A DNA stretch of 64,000 nucleotides from positions 6,138,001-6,202,000 of the forward strand of contig NC_081396.1 of assembly GCF_030684315.1 (NCBI RefSeq), read 5' to 3'. The stretch is from Stegostoma tigrinum. Its lineage: Eukaryota. Below are positions 23,390-36,135 of the stretch, piece after piece. The first letter of the stretch is position 1, and each line of letters starts with the position of its first letter. A model generated the notes under the pieces. That model saw only the letters and a program-made list of their open reading frames with translations, was not told the origin of the DNA and did not search any database. Position numbers and translations under genes: made by a program.

Positions 23390-23820
23390 GAATGTCCCCC
23401 AGCCGCGGCATTGACGATCGCTGCGCATGCTCATTGCCTCCCCCCGACCCCCAACGCCCCCCCGACAACAAAAAAAAGGCCGGGGCATGCGCAGTTTGAG
23501 CGATCCTGAGGAGAAGCCGCTTTTTTTTCTCGGCTCCACAAAAGGTAACAATGAGGCAGAGCGGAGGAGGCGATGGACCGGGCGGTCGGACGCAGAGGCC
23601 TCGTAAACATTTTGTGCATCCGGCGGACCCCGAAAGAGAAGACTAACGACCCCCTTTTGTTCCGAACGGTGCATGAGCTGCGAGCTTCCCCGCGGCGAGA
23701 GGCCGCGCGTTTGCGGCCGCCATCTTTGTAAGGGTCGCGGGGCAGGGCGCGCGTGCGCGGGCTCCATGTTGTCGGCGTCAGCGGGCGGCAGGGCGCGTGC
23801 GTGAGCGTCTCGGCGCAGCC
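23390..23820 (+). promoter_or_regulatory. CpG-island promoter and first exon (cassette copy 3) for the ZNF at 26158
   Basis: TGCGCATGC and GCATGCGCAG (NRF1-like), donor CAAAAG|GTAACA (GT at 23545), YY1 site GGCCGCCATCTTTG at about 23715. Confidence 0.7.
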
Positions 23821-23910
23821 TGGGGTTGACCACAGTGTTCTCTGCAAGGCGGGTGAAGCATTTACAAACTGCAAACTCCAAACGTGGTGACTTTTGTAAA
23901 CCTTTTACAG

Positions 23911-24012
23911 GATAATAGAAGAGAAGTTGCAGATTGGAAGCTCAGCCCAGGCACACTACGCCGAGATCTGACGGTGTCACTCCTTTGCTTCCTCATTCAG
24001 CACTGGAGAAAG
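23911..24012 (+). other. Putative 5'-UTR/leader exon 2 of the 26158 ZNF gene
   Basis: TTTTGTAAACCTTTTACAG|GATAATAGAAGAGAAG...GGAGAAAG|GTAAAG. Confidence 0.6.
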
Positions 24013-24589
24013 GTAAAGTTTGCACTGGACCGTGGGACTGCTGTCTCATTACAGAGCGGTCACCACTGGCGCTGCATTTACCTGATGGTCACCATGCCTC
24101 AGGTGAGCAGAGAGGTTGGGAAGGAGAGTTCCTCACGGTAAGGAATACTTCACGCAATTCTGGTCTGCCTGCATCAGGAAGAGTGTTGTGAAACTTGAAA
24201 GGGTTCAGAAAAGATTTACGGGGACGTTGCCACGTTCGGAGGGATTGAGCTACAGGGAGAGGCTGGGGGCGTCAGAGGCTGAGGGGGTGCCCTTAGAGAG
24301 GTTTATAAAATCATGAAAGGGGTCGATAGGGTGAGCAGACCTGGTCTTTTCCTGTTCCCTGACCCCCTGAACACAGGTGGGACGGTTAAAACCGAGAAAG
24401 CTCAGGAGGTCACAGTCGGAGCAATTGCAGATATCTCTGAGGTTTTGTTTTTATCTCTTTCCTAGCGTGTGGGCCTTGTGAGGCCAGTGGAGCTTAGAGA
24501 GATAAGAGTGGTGTAAAACAGTGAAAAGGTTTGAAAGGAAGAAGAAGAAGAAGAAATTTAAAAACTTTAGATCAGCGAGCATGATTAGG

Positions 24590-24920
24590 TGAGTGAGGTG
24601 GTTAACACTGCTGCCTCACAGCACCAGGGACCCAGGTTTGATTTCTCCTTGACTGTGTGGAATTTGCACATTTTAGCCCGAGTCTGTGTGGGTTTCCTCC
24701 AGATGCAACAGCTTCCTCCCTTGGTTCAAACAGGCTAGGTGGATTGGCCACGGTAAATTGCCCCATAGTGTCCAGGGATGTGCAGGCTAGGTGGATTAGT
24801 CATGGTTAATGCGTGGCTACAGCAATGCAAGAGAGTTGGTTCTGAGTGGGGTGTTCGTTGTAGAGGTGGTGTGGACTCAGTGGGCCAAAAGACCTGCACC
24901 CACGTGGTAGGGATTCTATA
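24590..24920 (+). mobile_element. HE1-type V-SINE. Further copies at 27940-28200(-), 36440-36770(-), 38870-39145(-), 40820-41150(+), 42340-42650(-), 49955-50260(+), 54693-55005(+) and 61310-61490(+)
   Basis: CACTGCTGCCTCACAGCACCAGGGACCC head and GGTGGATTGGCCA core shared among the copies. Confidence 0.8.
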
Positions 24921-26157
24921 ATTCTAAGGCTTGGTGCAATGACGCACATAGGCAACAGCATTTTGAACGGCCTCAGGATTCACTTGGTGGTTGAATAACA
25001 TGTAACTCCTTCCCTTACAGCATTACAGCAGCTGATGTGAGAATATAAACCTACCAAGGCAGCAAAAAATACCTGGGGTAATGGACAAGTAGATAAAGTC
25101 AATGGAAGTAACAATGGGACAGTAAACAGCTCAAATACACCCATAAATAGAGGCAGAGGAAGTTAGACAAGAACATAGAGGGATTGTGAGAACTGTGGAG
25201 ATTGTGTTTGGGCAGTTAACTGTAGAGATCTCAACGGGAGGCACTGGCTTAGTGATATTATGGCTGAACCAGAGACCTAGGTAATGTTCTGGGGACCTGG
25301 TTTTGAATCCTGCCATGGCAGATGGTAGAATTTGAATTCAACAAATGGCCGGAATTTAATGATGACCATGAACCATTGTCGATTGTTGGAAAAACCCATG
25401 TGGTTCACTAATGTCCTTTAGGGAAGAAAACTGCCATCCTTACCTGGTCTGGCCTACATGTGACTCCAGACCCACAGCAATGTGGTTGACTCTTAACTGA
25501 CCTCTGGGCAATTAGGGACAGGCGAAATATGCTGGCCCGGCCAGCGACACTGTCATCCCGTGAGTGAATTTTAAGAAAAGTGACAAAAGGTGAGTGTCTC
25601 AGCAGCAGATGGACTGAGAGTACGAGTTGGACGATGTCATTGAGGTGGAAGTGGACAATCTGAGTGATGACAGGGATGTGTGGTTCATTTCAGAATGAAG
25701 TGTCACGCCGCAGTCATGACATGTTTGGTTCAGCCTCAGACAGTTTGCCAGGGAGTCTGTGGCGAGACTGCGGAGTTGGTTTTGTTGCCGTTATTTAATG
25801 GGAGGAAGCCTCTGCTCCTTCGGGAACTGGATCTCTGGCAAGCCAGGACAAGTGTGTGTGAGACCCGGAGGCAACTTGGAGGTGATGGTATTCAGATCAA
25901 CTCGCAATCCCCTGCTCCCTCTCAGCGATACAGTTGGAAAATTCTGCCAAAGGTCTGCCCGGGTTGCTGGTGTGTAAAATGCCTGTCCTCCAGCCTCTGC
26001 CTTTCCTTTTCCCTCTCCATCTACACATAGATGCCAGAGTGTCACGTTCATGCTCTCACTCTCTTGTTTTTTTTTTCTTGTTGTTGTTGTTTGACGATCG
26101 ATTTCCCAGGGTGTTAGAAAGGGAGGATTTACAGAGCAAACACCATACCATGATCTG

Positions 26158-27450
26158 ATGGAGGCGTCCAGTTTGTCACAAATGGAATGTCATCAGATTT
26201 TGAACATGGAAGGGAAAAGTACCACTCACAGCGGAGAGAAACCGTGCACGTGTACCGCGTGTGGTCAGGGCTTCAGCCAATCTTCAGACCTCACAAAGCA
26301 CAAGTGCAGTCACTCCGGGGAGAAACTGGGGAAATGTGGGGATTGTGGGGAGGAGTTCAGTTCCCCGGCTGAGCTGGAAGCTCATCAGCACAGTCACACC
26401 GGCAACAGGCCGTTCACCTGCTCGGTGTGCGGGAAGGGCTTCACCCAGTCGTCTAACCTGCTGCAACACCAAGTTGTTCACACCGCGGACAGGCCCTTCA
26501 AATGCCCAGACTGCGGAAAATGCTACAAAACCTCCGGGGACCTGATGTCCCATCAACTAGCTCACACGAACGAGAGACCTTTCAAGTGCCCAGACTGTGG
26601 CAAGTGCTACAAAACCTCCCGGGACCTGGTGTCCCATCAGAACGCCCACACGAACATGAGGCCTTTCAAATGCCCCGACTGCGGAAAATGCTACAAAACC
26701 TCCGGGGATCTCATGTCCCATCAGCGTTCTCACTCCGAGGAGAGACCCTTCAAGTGCACGTGCTGTGGCAAGTGCTACAAGACGGCCAGGGACCTGATGG
26801 CCCACCAGCGTGTTCACTCCGAGGAGAAGCCCTTCAGTTGCTCCCACTGCGGGATCGGCTTCCGGCGGTCATCTGACCTCATGGAGCACCAGCAGGTTCA
26901 TACGGGGGAGAGACCGTTCTCCTGCTCCGAGTGCGGGAGGGGCTTCACTCGCTCGTCCAACCTGCTGAGACACCAGCAGGTTCACACCGCGGAGAGATCC
27001 TTCAAATGCCAAGACTGTGGCAAGTGCTACACCAGCTCCTGGGGCCTGACCTGTCATCAGCGCGTCCACACCGGAGAGAGATCTTTCAAGTGCCCGGACT
27101 GCGGGAAATGCTTCAGGAATCCTGTGGAGCTGAAGTCCCACCAGCATGTTCACTCTGAGGAGAGGCCTTTCAAATGCTCAGACTGCGGGAATCACTACAC
27201 AAGTTGCTGGGGGCTGTTCTACCACCAACGCGTTCACATTGAGGAGAGACCTTTCAAGTGCCCAGACTGTGGGAAGAGCTACCGCAATTCCGTGGAGCTT
27301 ATGTCCCATCAGCACGTTCACATGATGAGAGACCTTTCGGGAGCTCTCATCGTGGGGCTGGGTGCGGGCGATCATCTCAACTCTCAGTACCCCAGCGGCT
27401 TCACGCTGGGGAGAGACCATACGCCCGCTCCGTGTGAGAAAAAGACTTAG
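26158..27450 (+). CDS. C2H2 zinc-finger protein, 13 intact fingers, short N-terminus without KRAB/SCAN/BTB
   Basis: 430-aa ORF of tandem CxxC...HxxxH with ERPF linkers; acceptor TTTCCCAG at 26109; the C-terminus is frameshifted out of decayed fingers. Confidence 0.93.
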   Translation: MEASSLSQMECHQILNMEGKSTTHSGEKPCTCTACGQGFSQSSDLTKHKCSHSGEKLGKCGDCGEEFSSPAELEAHQHSHTGNRPFTCSVCGKGFTQSSNLLQHQVVHTADRPFKCPDCGKCYKTSGDLMSHQLAHTNERPFKCPDCGKCYKTSRDLVSHQNAHTNMRPFKCPDCGKCYKTSGDLMSHQRSHSEERPFKCTCCGKCYKTARDLMAHQRVHSEEKPFSCSHCGIGFRRSSDLMEHQQVHTGERPFSCSECGRGFTRSSNLLRHQQVHTAERSFKCQDCGKCYTSSWGLTCHQRVHTGERSFKCPDCGKCFRNPVELKSHQHVHSEERPFKCSDCGNHYTSCWGLFYHQRVHIEERPFKCPDCGKSYRNSVELMSHQHVHMMRDLSGALIVGLGAGDHLNSQYPSGFTLGRDHTPAPCEKKT

Positions 27451-29099
27451 CCCATTCGTCCAGACAGTGGAGAGCTCGCACTGGCGGAAGGGATTCACTC
27501 GAGACATCCCGTCTACCAACACCAGTGAGTTTGTATGTAATTACAGCGATCGGGTTTTGCTATTAATCAAATTGAGGAGGTTAAAAAAGAAAGGAAGTTT
27601 TAAACTTCTGGATTAAAGTCAAATAAATCAGCTTTTGTGTTAAAACATAGTGTGGAGATCGTTTTAATCTGACAGAAAGAGCAAAAACTTGGCCTGAAAG
27701 AACTTTTTCCGAAGGTCTGTTCTCTCCCCTGCAACTACACCTCCAACAGTAAGCGTGGGGAGTTGATGCAGTTCATTATAAATAGGGTTGAGACGATCTG
27801 ATCACGGCTTCCCGTCCACCAGGCCACTCGTTCCTCTCGACCTCCTATTTCTCAACTTTGTTTCTTGTCTCCTGTCCATCAGGCTCCCAGTCCCTCGACC
27901 CCATTCCCACAACTCCAATGAGCGTCCAATCTCCCCATGTCGTAGAACCCCTCTGGCGTGGAAAGAGGCCAGTCGGCCCATTGGGTCAGTGCCAGCCCTG
28001 AAAACAGCATCCCACCCATACCCACCCCCACTACCCTATCCCTGTTACCCTGCATTTCCCCTAACCTGCACATCCTAAGACTGTGGGAGGAAACCAGAGC
28101 ACCCGGAGAAAGCCCCACGCAGATGGTGGGGGGAGAACGTGCAAACTGCATGCAAACAGTCGCCCGAGGATGGAATTGAATCTGGGTCCTCTGTGCCACT
28201 GACATCTTTAAAATTCTGTCCCTATCTGCCTCTCACCTTTCAGTGACCTGGTGATGGCTTAGTGGTATTATCGCTGGGCTGTTAATCCAGAGACCCAGGA
28301 ACGTTCCAGGGACCCGGGTTTGAAACCCGCCACAGCAGTTGGTGGAATTTGAGTTCAATAAAAAGAAATGAAATCTAGAATTACAACAAATCAGTAGCTG
28401 GGGGAGAAACCCATCTGGTTCATTAACGTCCTTTAGGGATGGAAACTACCAGCCTTACCTCTGGTTAAAAATTGGGAAGACCAATCCCTAACTCCCAGGT
28501 CTGTCCCGCTCCTAGGGAGTGGGTCCACAATTTTTGACCACCTGTTTAGTCCTAAAATGAGCTTCTGAACACACACACCTCACAGGGACTGGAGAAGTTT
28601 CTTCGACGGGAGAAGGTTGACCTTTATTGGAAATTGTCAACGACATTGGGTTGGAAATGCTTGCCACTGCAGGACAGTTGGTGACCACAGTGCACAGTTC
28701 CACAATAACCAACAGAAAAAGAATCTAGGGCGAAGACAAGGAGAGATTATTTCACCCAGTGAGGTTTCTGATGATCTCAAGGATGTTGCCTGAATTCCTG
28801 ATGGGAGCTGGTCCAGTGGTAACTTACAGAAGTGATTTGGACTTTTTCCTCAAGAACGAATGAGTATTCACTCAGGGTGAGGAAGAAGGACAGGTTGCTC
28901 AAATTTTCAGAGATGGCACAGACACAAGGGATCGAATGGTCCCCACCAATAATGTGTCTATTGTGCAGTTTTGTGAGAATCGTTAAACTAGAATCTTACA
29001 GCACAGAACAAATGGAGGCCATTCAGCCCCATTGAGGCTGCACTGAGTCTTACAAATCCCACTCCCTCACTTCCCCACATCACCTCGAACAAGTCTCCA

Positions 29100-29720
29100 A
29101 CCGATCATTTGGCCTGCCAGGACAGAGGCACAAGGGATGAACCAGGGAGTGTGGGAAGGGACTCAATTCCCCAATGGGGAGGCAGTGGCCTGATGGTATT
29201 ATCGCTGGACTGTTCTTCTAGGGACCCATATAATATTCTGGGGACCCAGGTTCGAATCCTGCCACAGCAGATGGTGGAATTTGAATTGGATAAATATCTG
29301 GAATTAAAAATCTAATGATGATCGTGAAGACATTGTCAATTGTCGAGGAAAATCCCATCTGGCTCACGAAAGTCCTTCAGGGAAAACTGCCATCCTCATC
29401 TGGTCTGGCCTACATGTGACTCCAGACCCACAGCAATGTGGTTGACTCTGAGCTGCCCTCTGGGCAATTGGGGATGGGCAATAAATGCTGCCCTCATCCC
29501 GTTAATGAATAATAAAACGATTGAGCTGCAAAGTTGTCCCCATGTGTACCGGGGAGAGGCTGTTCACCTGCTCCACATGTGGGAAAGGATGCACTCTGTC
29601 ATCCAGCTTCCCAACACACCGGTGAGCTCGTCCTGGAGAGAGAGAGGATTTAATTGCTCACACCATGACAGTTGTCCTGTCAGTTTGTACCAAACCCAAG
29701 GGGATCGTGAGAAACCTTCG
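29100..29720 (+). pseudogene. Decayed zinc-finger remnant interrupted by a SINE
   Basis: ACCGGGGAGAGGCTGTTCACCTGCTCCACATGTGGGAAAGGA (TGERLFTCSTCGKG); inverted paralog at 48540-49370. Confidence 0.7.
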
Positions 29721-31042
29721 CATTCGGACCTGGGACTGCCAATCCCTGTCTTTTTGTTTTGTTGATGGGCATGGCCTTGTGGACTGACATCTCACGGCTA
29801 CTGGTTTAAAAAAAATCCTGAGAGAAGAAAGGTGTTTCATTTTGGAGAGAGTCAACTTGTACATTACTCAGGATCGTCTTGCCAAGCAGCACTGTAATGT
29901 GTTAATAATCCATTCTTAGATTATCATAGAATCCTTACAGTGTGGAAGCAGGCCATGGGGCGTGAGTCCACACCAGCCCTCTGAAGAGGATCCCACCCAG
30001 CCCCAATCCCGCCAGTCCTATCTCTGTAACCCTGCATTTTCCATGGCCAATCCACTCAACCTGCACATAGTATTACAGCATGGCCAAAGACCCTTCAATC
30101 CAACTAGTCCATGCTGACCACATTACCAAACTAAACTGCCATGCATATCCCTCCAAACCTTTCCTATTCATGTCCTTATCTAAATGTCCTTTAGACATTA
30201 TAATTATACCTGCATCCACCACTTCCTTTGGCAGTCTATTCGACACACAAACCATTCTCTGTAAAAAAGTTGTGCCTGTCTTCTTTTAAACCTTCTCTCA
30301 CCTTTGGGAAAAGACCTCGCTATTCACTTATCTATGCCCTTCATGATTTTGTAAACTTCGCTAAGGTCACTCCTCATCCTCCTCTACTCCAGTGGAAAAG
30401 TCTCAGTCTATCTTTATAATTATAAATCCTCAATTCCCAGCAAATCTTTTCGAGCCCTCTTCTGTTTAATAATATCTTCCCTACAACTGGGGTGCCCAGA
30501 ACTGCACCCAATACTCCACCAGAGACCTCACCAACATCCTGAACAACCTCAACACCACATCCCAACCCCTGTAGCTTCAGACAGTGGGAGTATCTGGAGG
30601 AAACCCACGCAGATATGTGCAAACTCCAAAGAGACAGTCGCCCGAGGATGGGAATGGAACCCGGGTCCCTTGCACAGCAGTGCTAACCACTGAGCCACAC
30701 TCAGAATAAAATCAAAAGCTTATGTCAATAGTGAGCAATCTGTTACATCAATGCTCAGAGTCGACTACATTAATAGTCAGGTTCCTGGTTACTTTCTGAC
30801 ATGTTACAGCACACCTCTGGAACAGGAGAAGCTTAAAGTTGCACCACAAACGCTGTATAGACTGCTGTGCCTGGTATTCCCAGTTGGTCCTCCAAGTGAC
30901 TGGTCTCCAGGATGAACATTTCCAGTGCTAGCCAAGCTTGAGACTGCTTGGTTTCCAAAATCAGCATTTTCAGACCAGTGTAATAAAATGTGAGGCTGGA
31001 TGAACACAGCAGGCCAAGCAGCATCTCAGGAGCACAAAAGCT

Positions 31043-31070
31043 GACGTTTCGGGCCTAGACCCTTCATCAG
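31043..31070 (-). ncRNA. Minimal hammerhead ribozyme motif
   Basis: Reverse complement reads CTGATGAAGGGTCTAGGCCCGAAACGTC. Confidence 0.8.
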
Positions 31071-32334
31071 AGAGGGGGATGGGGGGAGGGAACTGGAATA
31101 AATAGGGAGAGAGGGGGAGGCGGACCGAAGATGGAGAGTAAAGAAGATAGGTGGAGAGGGTGTAGGTGGGGAGGTAGGGAGGGGATAGGTCAGTCCAGGG
31201 AAGACGGACAGGTCAAGGAGGTGGGATGAGGTTAGTAGGTAGCTGGGGGTGCGGCTTGGGGTGGGAGGAAGGGATGGGTGAGAGGAAGAACCGGTTAGGG
31301 AGGCAGAGACAGGTTGGACTGGTTTTGGGATGCAGTGGGTGGGGGGGAAGAGCTGGGCTGGTTGTGTGGTGCAGTGGGGGGAGGGGATGAACTGGGCTGG
31401 TTGAGGGATGCAGTGGGGGAAGGGGAGATTTTGAAACTGGTGAAGTCCACATTGATACCATATGGCTGCAGGGTTCCCAGGCGGAATATGAGTTGCTGTT
31501 CCTGCAACCTTCGGGTGGCATCATTGTGGCAGTGCAGGAGGCCCATGATGGACATGTCATCAAGAGAATGGGAGGGGGAGTGGAAATGGTTTGCGACTGG
31601 GAGGTGCAGTTGTTTGTTGCGAACTGAGCGGAGGTGTTCTGCAAAGCGGTCCCCAAGCCTCCGCTTGGTTTCCCCAATGTAGAGAAAGCCGCACTGGGTA
31701 CAGTGGATGCAGTATACCACATTGGCAGATGTGGTACCAAGCGGAGGCTTGGGGACCGCTTTGCAGAACACCTCCGCTCAGTTCGCAACAAACAACTGCA
31801 CCTCCCAGTCGCAAACCATTTCCACTCCCCCTCCCATTCTCTTGATGACATGTCCATCATGGGCCTCCTGCACTGCCACAATGATGCCACCCGAAGGTTG
31901 CAGGAACAGCAACTCATATTCCGCCTGGGAACCCTGCAGCCATATGGTATCAATGTGGACTTCACCAGTTTCAAAATCTCCCCTTCCCCCACTGCATCCC
32001 TCAACCAGCCCAGTTCATCCCCTCCCCCCACTGCACCACACAACCAGCCCAGCTCTTCCCCCCCACCCACTGCATCCCAAAACCAGTCCAACCTGTCTCT
32101 GCCTCCCTAACCGGTTCTTCCTCTCACCCATCCCTTCCTCCCACCCCAAGCCGCACCCCCAGCTACCTACTAACCTCATCCCACCTCCTTGACCTGTCCG
32201 TCTTCCCTGGACTGACCTATCCCCTCCCTACCTCCCCACCTACACCCTCTCCACCTATCTTCTTTACTCTCCATCTTCGGTCCGCCTCCCCCTCTCTCCC
32301 TATTTATTCCAGTTCCCTCCCCCCATCCCCCTCT

Positions 32335-32362
32335 CTGATGAAGGGTCTAGGCCCGAAACGTC
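32335..32362 (+). ncRNA. Minimal hammerhead ribozyme motif
   Basis: CTGATGA-A-GGGT-CTAG-GCCC-GAAA-C-GTC. Confidence 0.8.
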
Positions 32363-32779
32363 AGCTTTTGTGCTCCTGAGATGCTGCTTGGCCTGCTGTG
32401 TTCATCCAGCCTCACATTTTATTATCTTGGAATCTCCAGCATCTGCAGTTCCCATTATCTCTGATACTATTTTCAGACCAGTATGGCCACTAATCAGTAT
32501 CGTATTACACGCTAGTCTGTCCCACAGGGCGAAAGAACCTCTCCACTTCTACCCTGCGTCTCGCCTTAGAATCCTATCTGATTCAATAAGTTCACCTCTC
32601 ATTCTTTCAAACTCCACTAAGTACAGGCCCAATCTACTTGAGCAGCCCTGCTAGAAAGTCTCTCCAATATCAATGCATCCATCCTATGACATGGGGGACC
32701 TGAACAGTTTGCAGATTTCCCTGTTTTTGTAGTCCATTCCATTTGCCTTCCCTGTGACCTGCTGGAGCTCACAACATCG

Positions 32780-35460
32780 AATATTACAGCACAGGAACAG
32801 GCCCTTCACCCCATCATATCTATGCTGACCATGATGCCATTCTAAATTAATCCCAACTGCCTGCACATGGTCCATATCCCTTTATTCCTGCCTGGTCATG
32901 TGTCTGTCTAAATTCCTCTTAAACTTAGTTATCTGCTTCTACCACCTTCCCTGGCAGTGGGTTCCAGGCACTAACTACCCTCTGTAATAAAAAAAAACTC
33001 ACCTCAGGCATCTTCTTCAAACTGCCCCCCCCCCTCACTTTAAACCTATGCCTCCCAGTGTTTGACATCTGCACCCTTATCTGTGCCTCTCATAATTTTA
33101 TGCACTTCCATGAAGTCACCCTTCAGCCCCGGATGTTCGAACAAAAGCAGCTAAAGGTTTTTCAATCTCTACTTATAACCAACACACTCCAATCCAGTCA
33201 ACATCCTGGTAACCCTCTTCTGCACCCTCTCCACATCCTTCCTGTAGAGTGGAACCAGAAATACACACAAGACTCCAAATGTGACCTGACCAAATTCAGT
33301 GCCCCGACCATTGAAAGTAACCATGCTATATGCCTCCTTTATCAACTTAACCATTTGTACTGTCACTTTCAGAGAGCTATGGACTTGGACTCGAAGACGC
33401 CTCTCAATCAATGCTTCTGAGCATCTGGCCATTTGTAGTATACTGTTGTCTTGCATTTGACTTACCAAATGCATCATCTCACATTTGTCTGGATTAAACC
33501 CCATCTGCGATTTCTCCGTCCAACTTTCCAATTGATCTGCAACTTTTGTTTGTCTATCCTTCCTCACTATCCAGAGCTCCCCCAATCTTCGTGCCATCTG
33601 CAAACTTTACTAATCAGACCACTGATATTTTTATCTGAATCATTTATCGGTCGAGGCACTGATCCTGGTGGGCCACCACACCTCCACTCGGAAAAAATAT
33701 CCCTTTCACAACTACCCTCTGTCTTCTATGGGCAAGCCAGTTTTGTATCCAACTTGCCAACTCACCATGGATTTCATGCCATTTGATCTTCTGGAGCAAC
33801 CTATCATGCTTGACCTTGTCAAATGTTTTAGTGAAGCCCATGTCGACAACATCCATTGCCTTACCCTCATCAATCCTCTCCGTCACTTCCTCAAAAAACT
33901 CAAACAGGTAGATGAGAGTAAACCGGTTGATGTGGTGTATATGGATTTCAGCAAGGCGTTCGATAAGGTTCCCCTCAATAGGCTATTGTACAAAATGCGG
34001 AGGAATGGAATTGTGGAAGATATAGCAGTTTGGATCGGAAATTGGCTTGCTGAAAGAAGACAGAGGGTGGTAGTTGATGGGAAATGTTCATCCTGGAGAC
34101 CAGTTACTAGTGGTGTACCGCAAGGGTCGGTGTTGGGTCCACTGCTGTTTGTCATTTTTATAAATGACCTGGATGAGGGCGTAGAAGGATGGGTTAGTTA
34201 ATTTGCAGACGACACTAAGGTCGGTGGAGTTGTGGATAGTGACGAAGGATGCTGGTAGGTTGCAGAGAGACATAGATAAGCTGCAGAGCTGGGCTAAGAG
34301 GTGGCAAATGGAGTTTAATGCAGACAAGTGTGAGGTGATGCACTTTGGTAGGAATAACCGGAAGGCAAAGTACTAGGCTAATGGTAAGATTCTTGGTAGT
34401 GTAGATGAGCAGAGAGATCTCGGTGTCCATGTACACAGATCCTTGAAAGTTGCCACCCAGGTTGACAGGGCTGTTAAGAAGGCATACAGTGTTTTAGCTT
34501 TTATTAATAGAGGGATCAAGTTCCGGAACCAAGAGGTTATGGTGAAGCTGTTCAAAACTCTGGTGCGGCCGCACTTGGAGTATTGCGTACAGTTCTGGTC
34601 ACCGCATTATAAGAAGGATGTGGAAGCTTTGGAAAGGGTGCAGAGGAGATTTACTAGGATGTTGCCTGGTATGGAGGGAAGGTCTTACAAGGAAAGGCTG
34701 AGGGACTTGAGGCTGTTTTCATTAGAGAGAAGAAGGTTGAGAGGTGACTTAATGAAACATATAAAATAATCAGAGGGTTATATAGGGTGGAGAGGGAGAG
34801 CCCTTTTCCTAGGATGGTGACGGCGAGCACGAGGGGGCATAGCTTTAAATTGAGGGGTGAAAGATATAGGACAGATGTCAGAGGTAGTTTGTTTACTCAG
34901 AGAGTAGTAAGGGAATGGAATGCTTTGCCTGCAACGGTAGTAGATTCGCCAACTTTAGGTACATTTAAGTTGTCATTGGACAAGCATATGGACGTACATG
35001 GAATAGTGTAGGTTAGATGGGCTTCAGATCAGTATGACAGGTCGGCACAACATCGAGGGCCAAAGGGCTTGTACTGTGCTGTAATGTTCTATGTTCTGTA
35101 AATCAGTTTGTGAGACAAGACCTCCCCTGCATAAAGCTATGCTGACTGTCCCTAATATGTACATTCTTTTCCAAATGTAAGCAAATTCTGTCGCCAAAAA
35201 TCTTCCCTAATAATTTTCCTACAACTGATGTAATGCTCACCAGCCTATAATTTACTGCTCTTCTTAAACAAAAGAACAAAATTGGCTATTCTGCAGTCTT
35301 CTGGGACCTTGTCTGTGGCTAAAGAGAATATAAAGATCCCTGTCAGGGCCCCAGCAATCTCCCCGCTTGGCTCCTTCAGTATCCCGGGATAGATCCCATC
35401 TGGCCCTGGCGATTTATTTATCTTAATGGTTTTTGAGAATCCTCCTTCTCAATAGTGACA
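32780..35460 (-). mobile_element. Older minus-strand CR1 (32780-33900, resuming 35098-35460), split by a younger CR1
   Basis: Minus-strand translations [21 protein letters not shown] and MGFNPDKCEMMH. Confidence 0.8.
33903..35097 (+). mobile_element. Young 5'-truncated CR1 LINE (RT to 3' tail), a few stops
   Basis: [16 protein letters not shown]...[22 protein letters not shown]...RPHLEYCVQFWSP; tail TTCTATGTTCT. Confidence 0.93.
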
Positions 35461-36024
35461 TGTTTTAGAGCGTATCAACAAACCCTTCTCTAAACTAACC
35501 ATCAGCATGCCTTTTTCCTTGATGAATAGTAATGCAAAGCCATGAAGGGCCTCACTCACTCCTTGTGTTGACCTAAACCTGGATGCTTGCTTTTTGTGGT
35601 TAATCTATGGGATCCCCAAATCCCTTTGTGTTGCCACTTTCTGCACTCTCCATTTAAATAAGATCCAGCTCCTTTCTGCCAGAGTGCAAAATCTCACAAC
35701 TTAACGCACATATAATATTGCACCAACCAAACATTTTCCCACTCTCTCCATCCGACTATGATTTCCCACCTACAGAGCGTGGCTTACATGTGGAACGAAC
35801 TTCCCGCGGAAGTGGTGGATGCAGCGCAATGACAACATTTAAAAAGCATTGGAAAAGTACATGAGTCGGAAAGGTTTGGAGGGATATGTGACAGGAACAG
35901 TCAGGTGGGGCTAGTTTAGTTTAGGATTATGTTCAGCACAGACCGGTCGGACCCAAAGGTCTGTTTTCGTGATGTATGAGTTCATGTCTCTTTCGAAATT
36001 CTATTGGATCAGCAATGAGGATCC

Positions 36025-36135
36025 TGAAAAGTTAATACTCTTGCTTTCTCTCCACAGATGCTGCCAGACCTGCTGAGCTTTTCCAGTGATTTCTGTTTTT
36101 GTTCCTGATTTACAGCATCCACAGTTCTTTTGGTG
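36025..36135 (+). mobile_element. Family-2 PLE terminal fragment
   Basis: TTTCTCTCCACAGATGCTGCCAGACCTGCTGAGCTTTTCCAG...CAGCATCCACAGTTCTTT. Confidence 0.65.

Larger units (their letters stand above)
30981..32468. mobile_element. Fold-back (palindromic) PLE insertion: two 689-bp inverted arms with a 66-bp spacer
   Basis: Arms 30981-31669 and 31736-32424 give mirror-identical ORF translations; tail at 32425-32468; 14-bp TSD ATTTTCAGACCAGT at 30966-30979 and 32469-32482. Confidence 0.95.

Noticed and set aside
31213-32192. Mirror-image ORFs of 158-292 aa
   Set aside because: By-products of the PLE palindrome; only the GIY-YIG frame is meaningful, and it is 5'-truncated.
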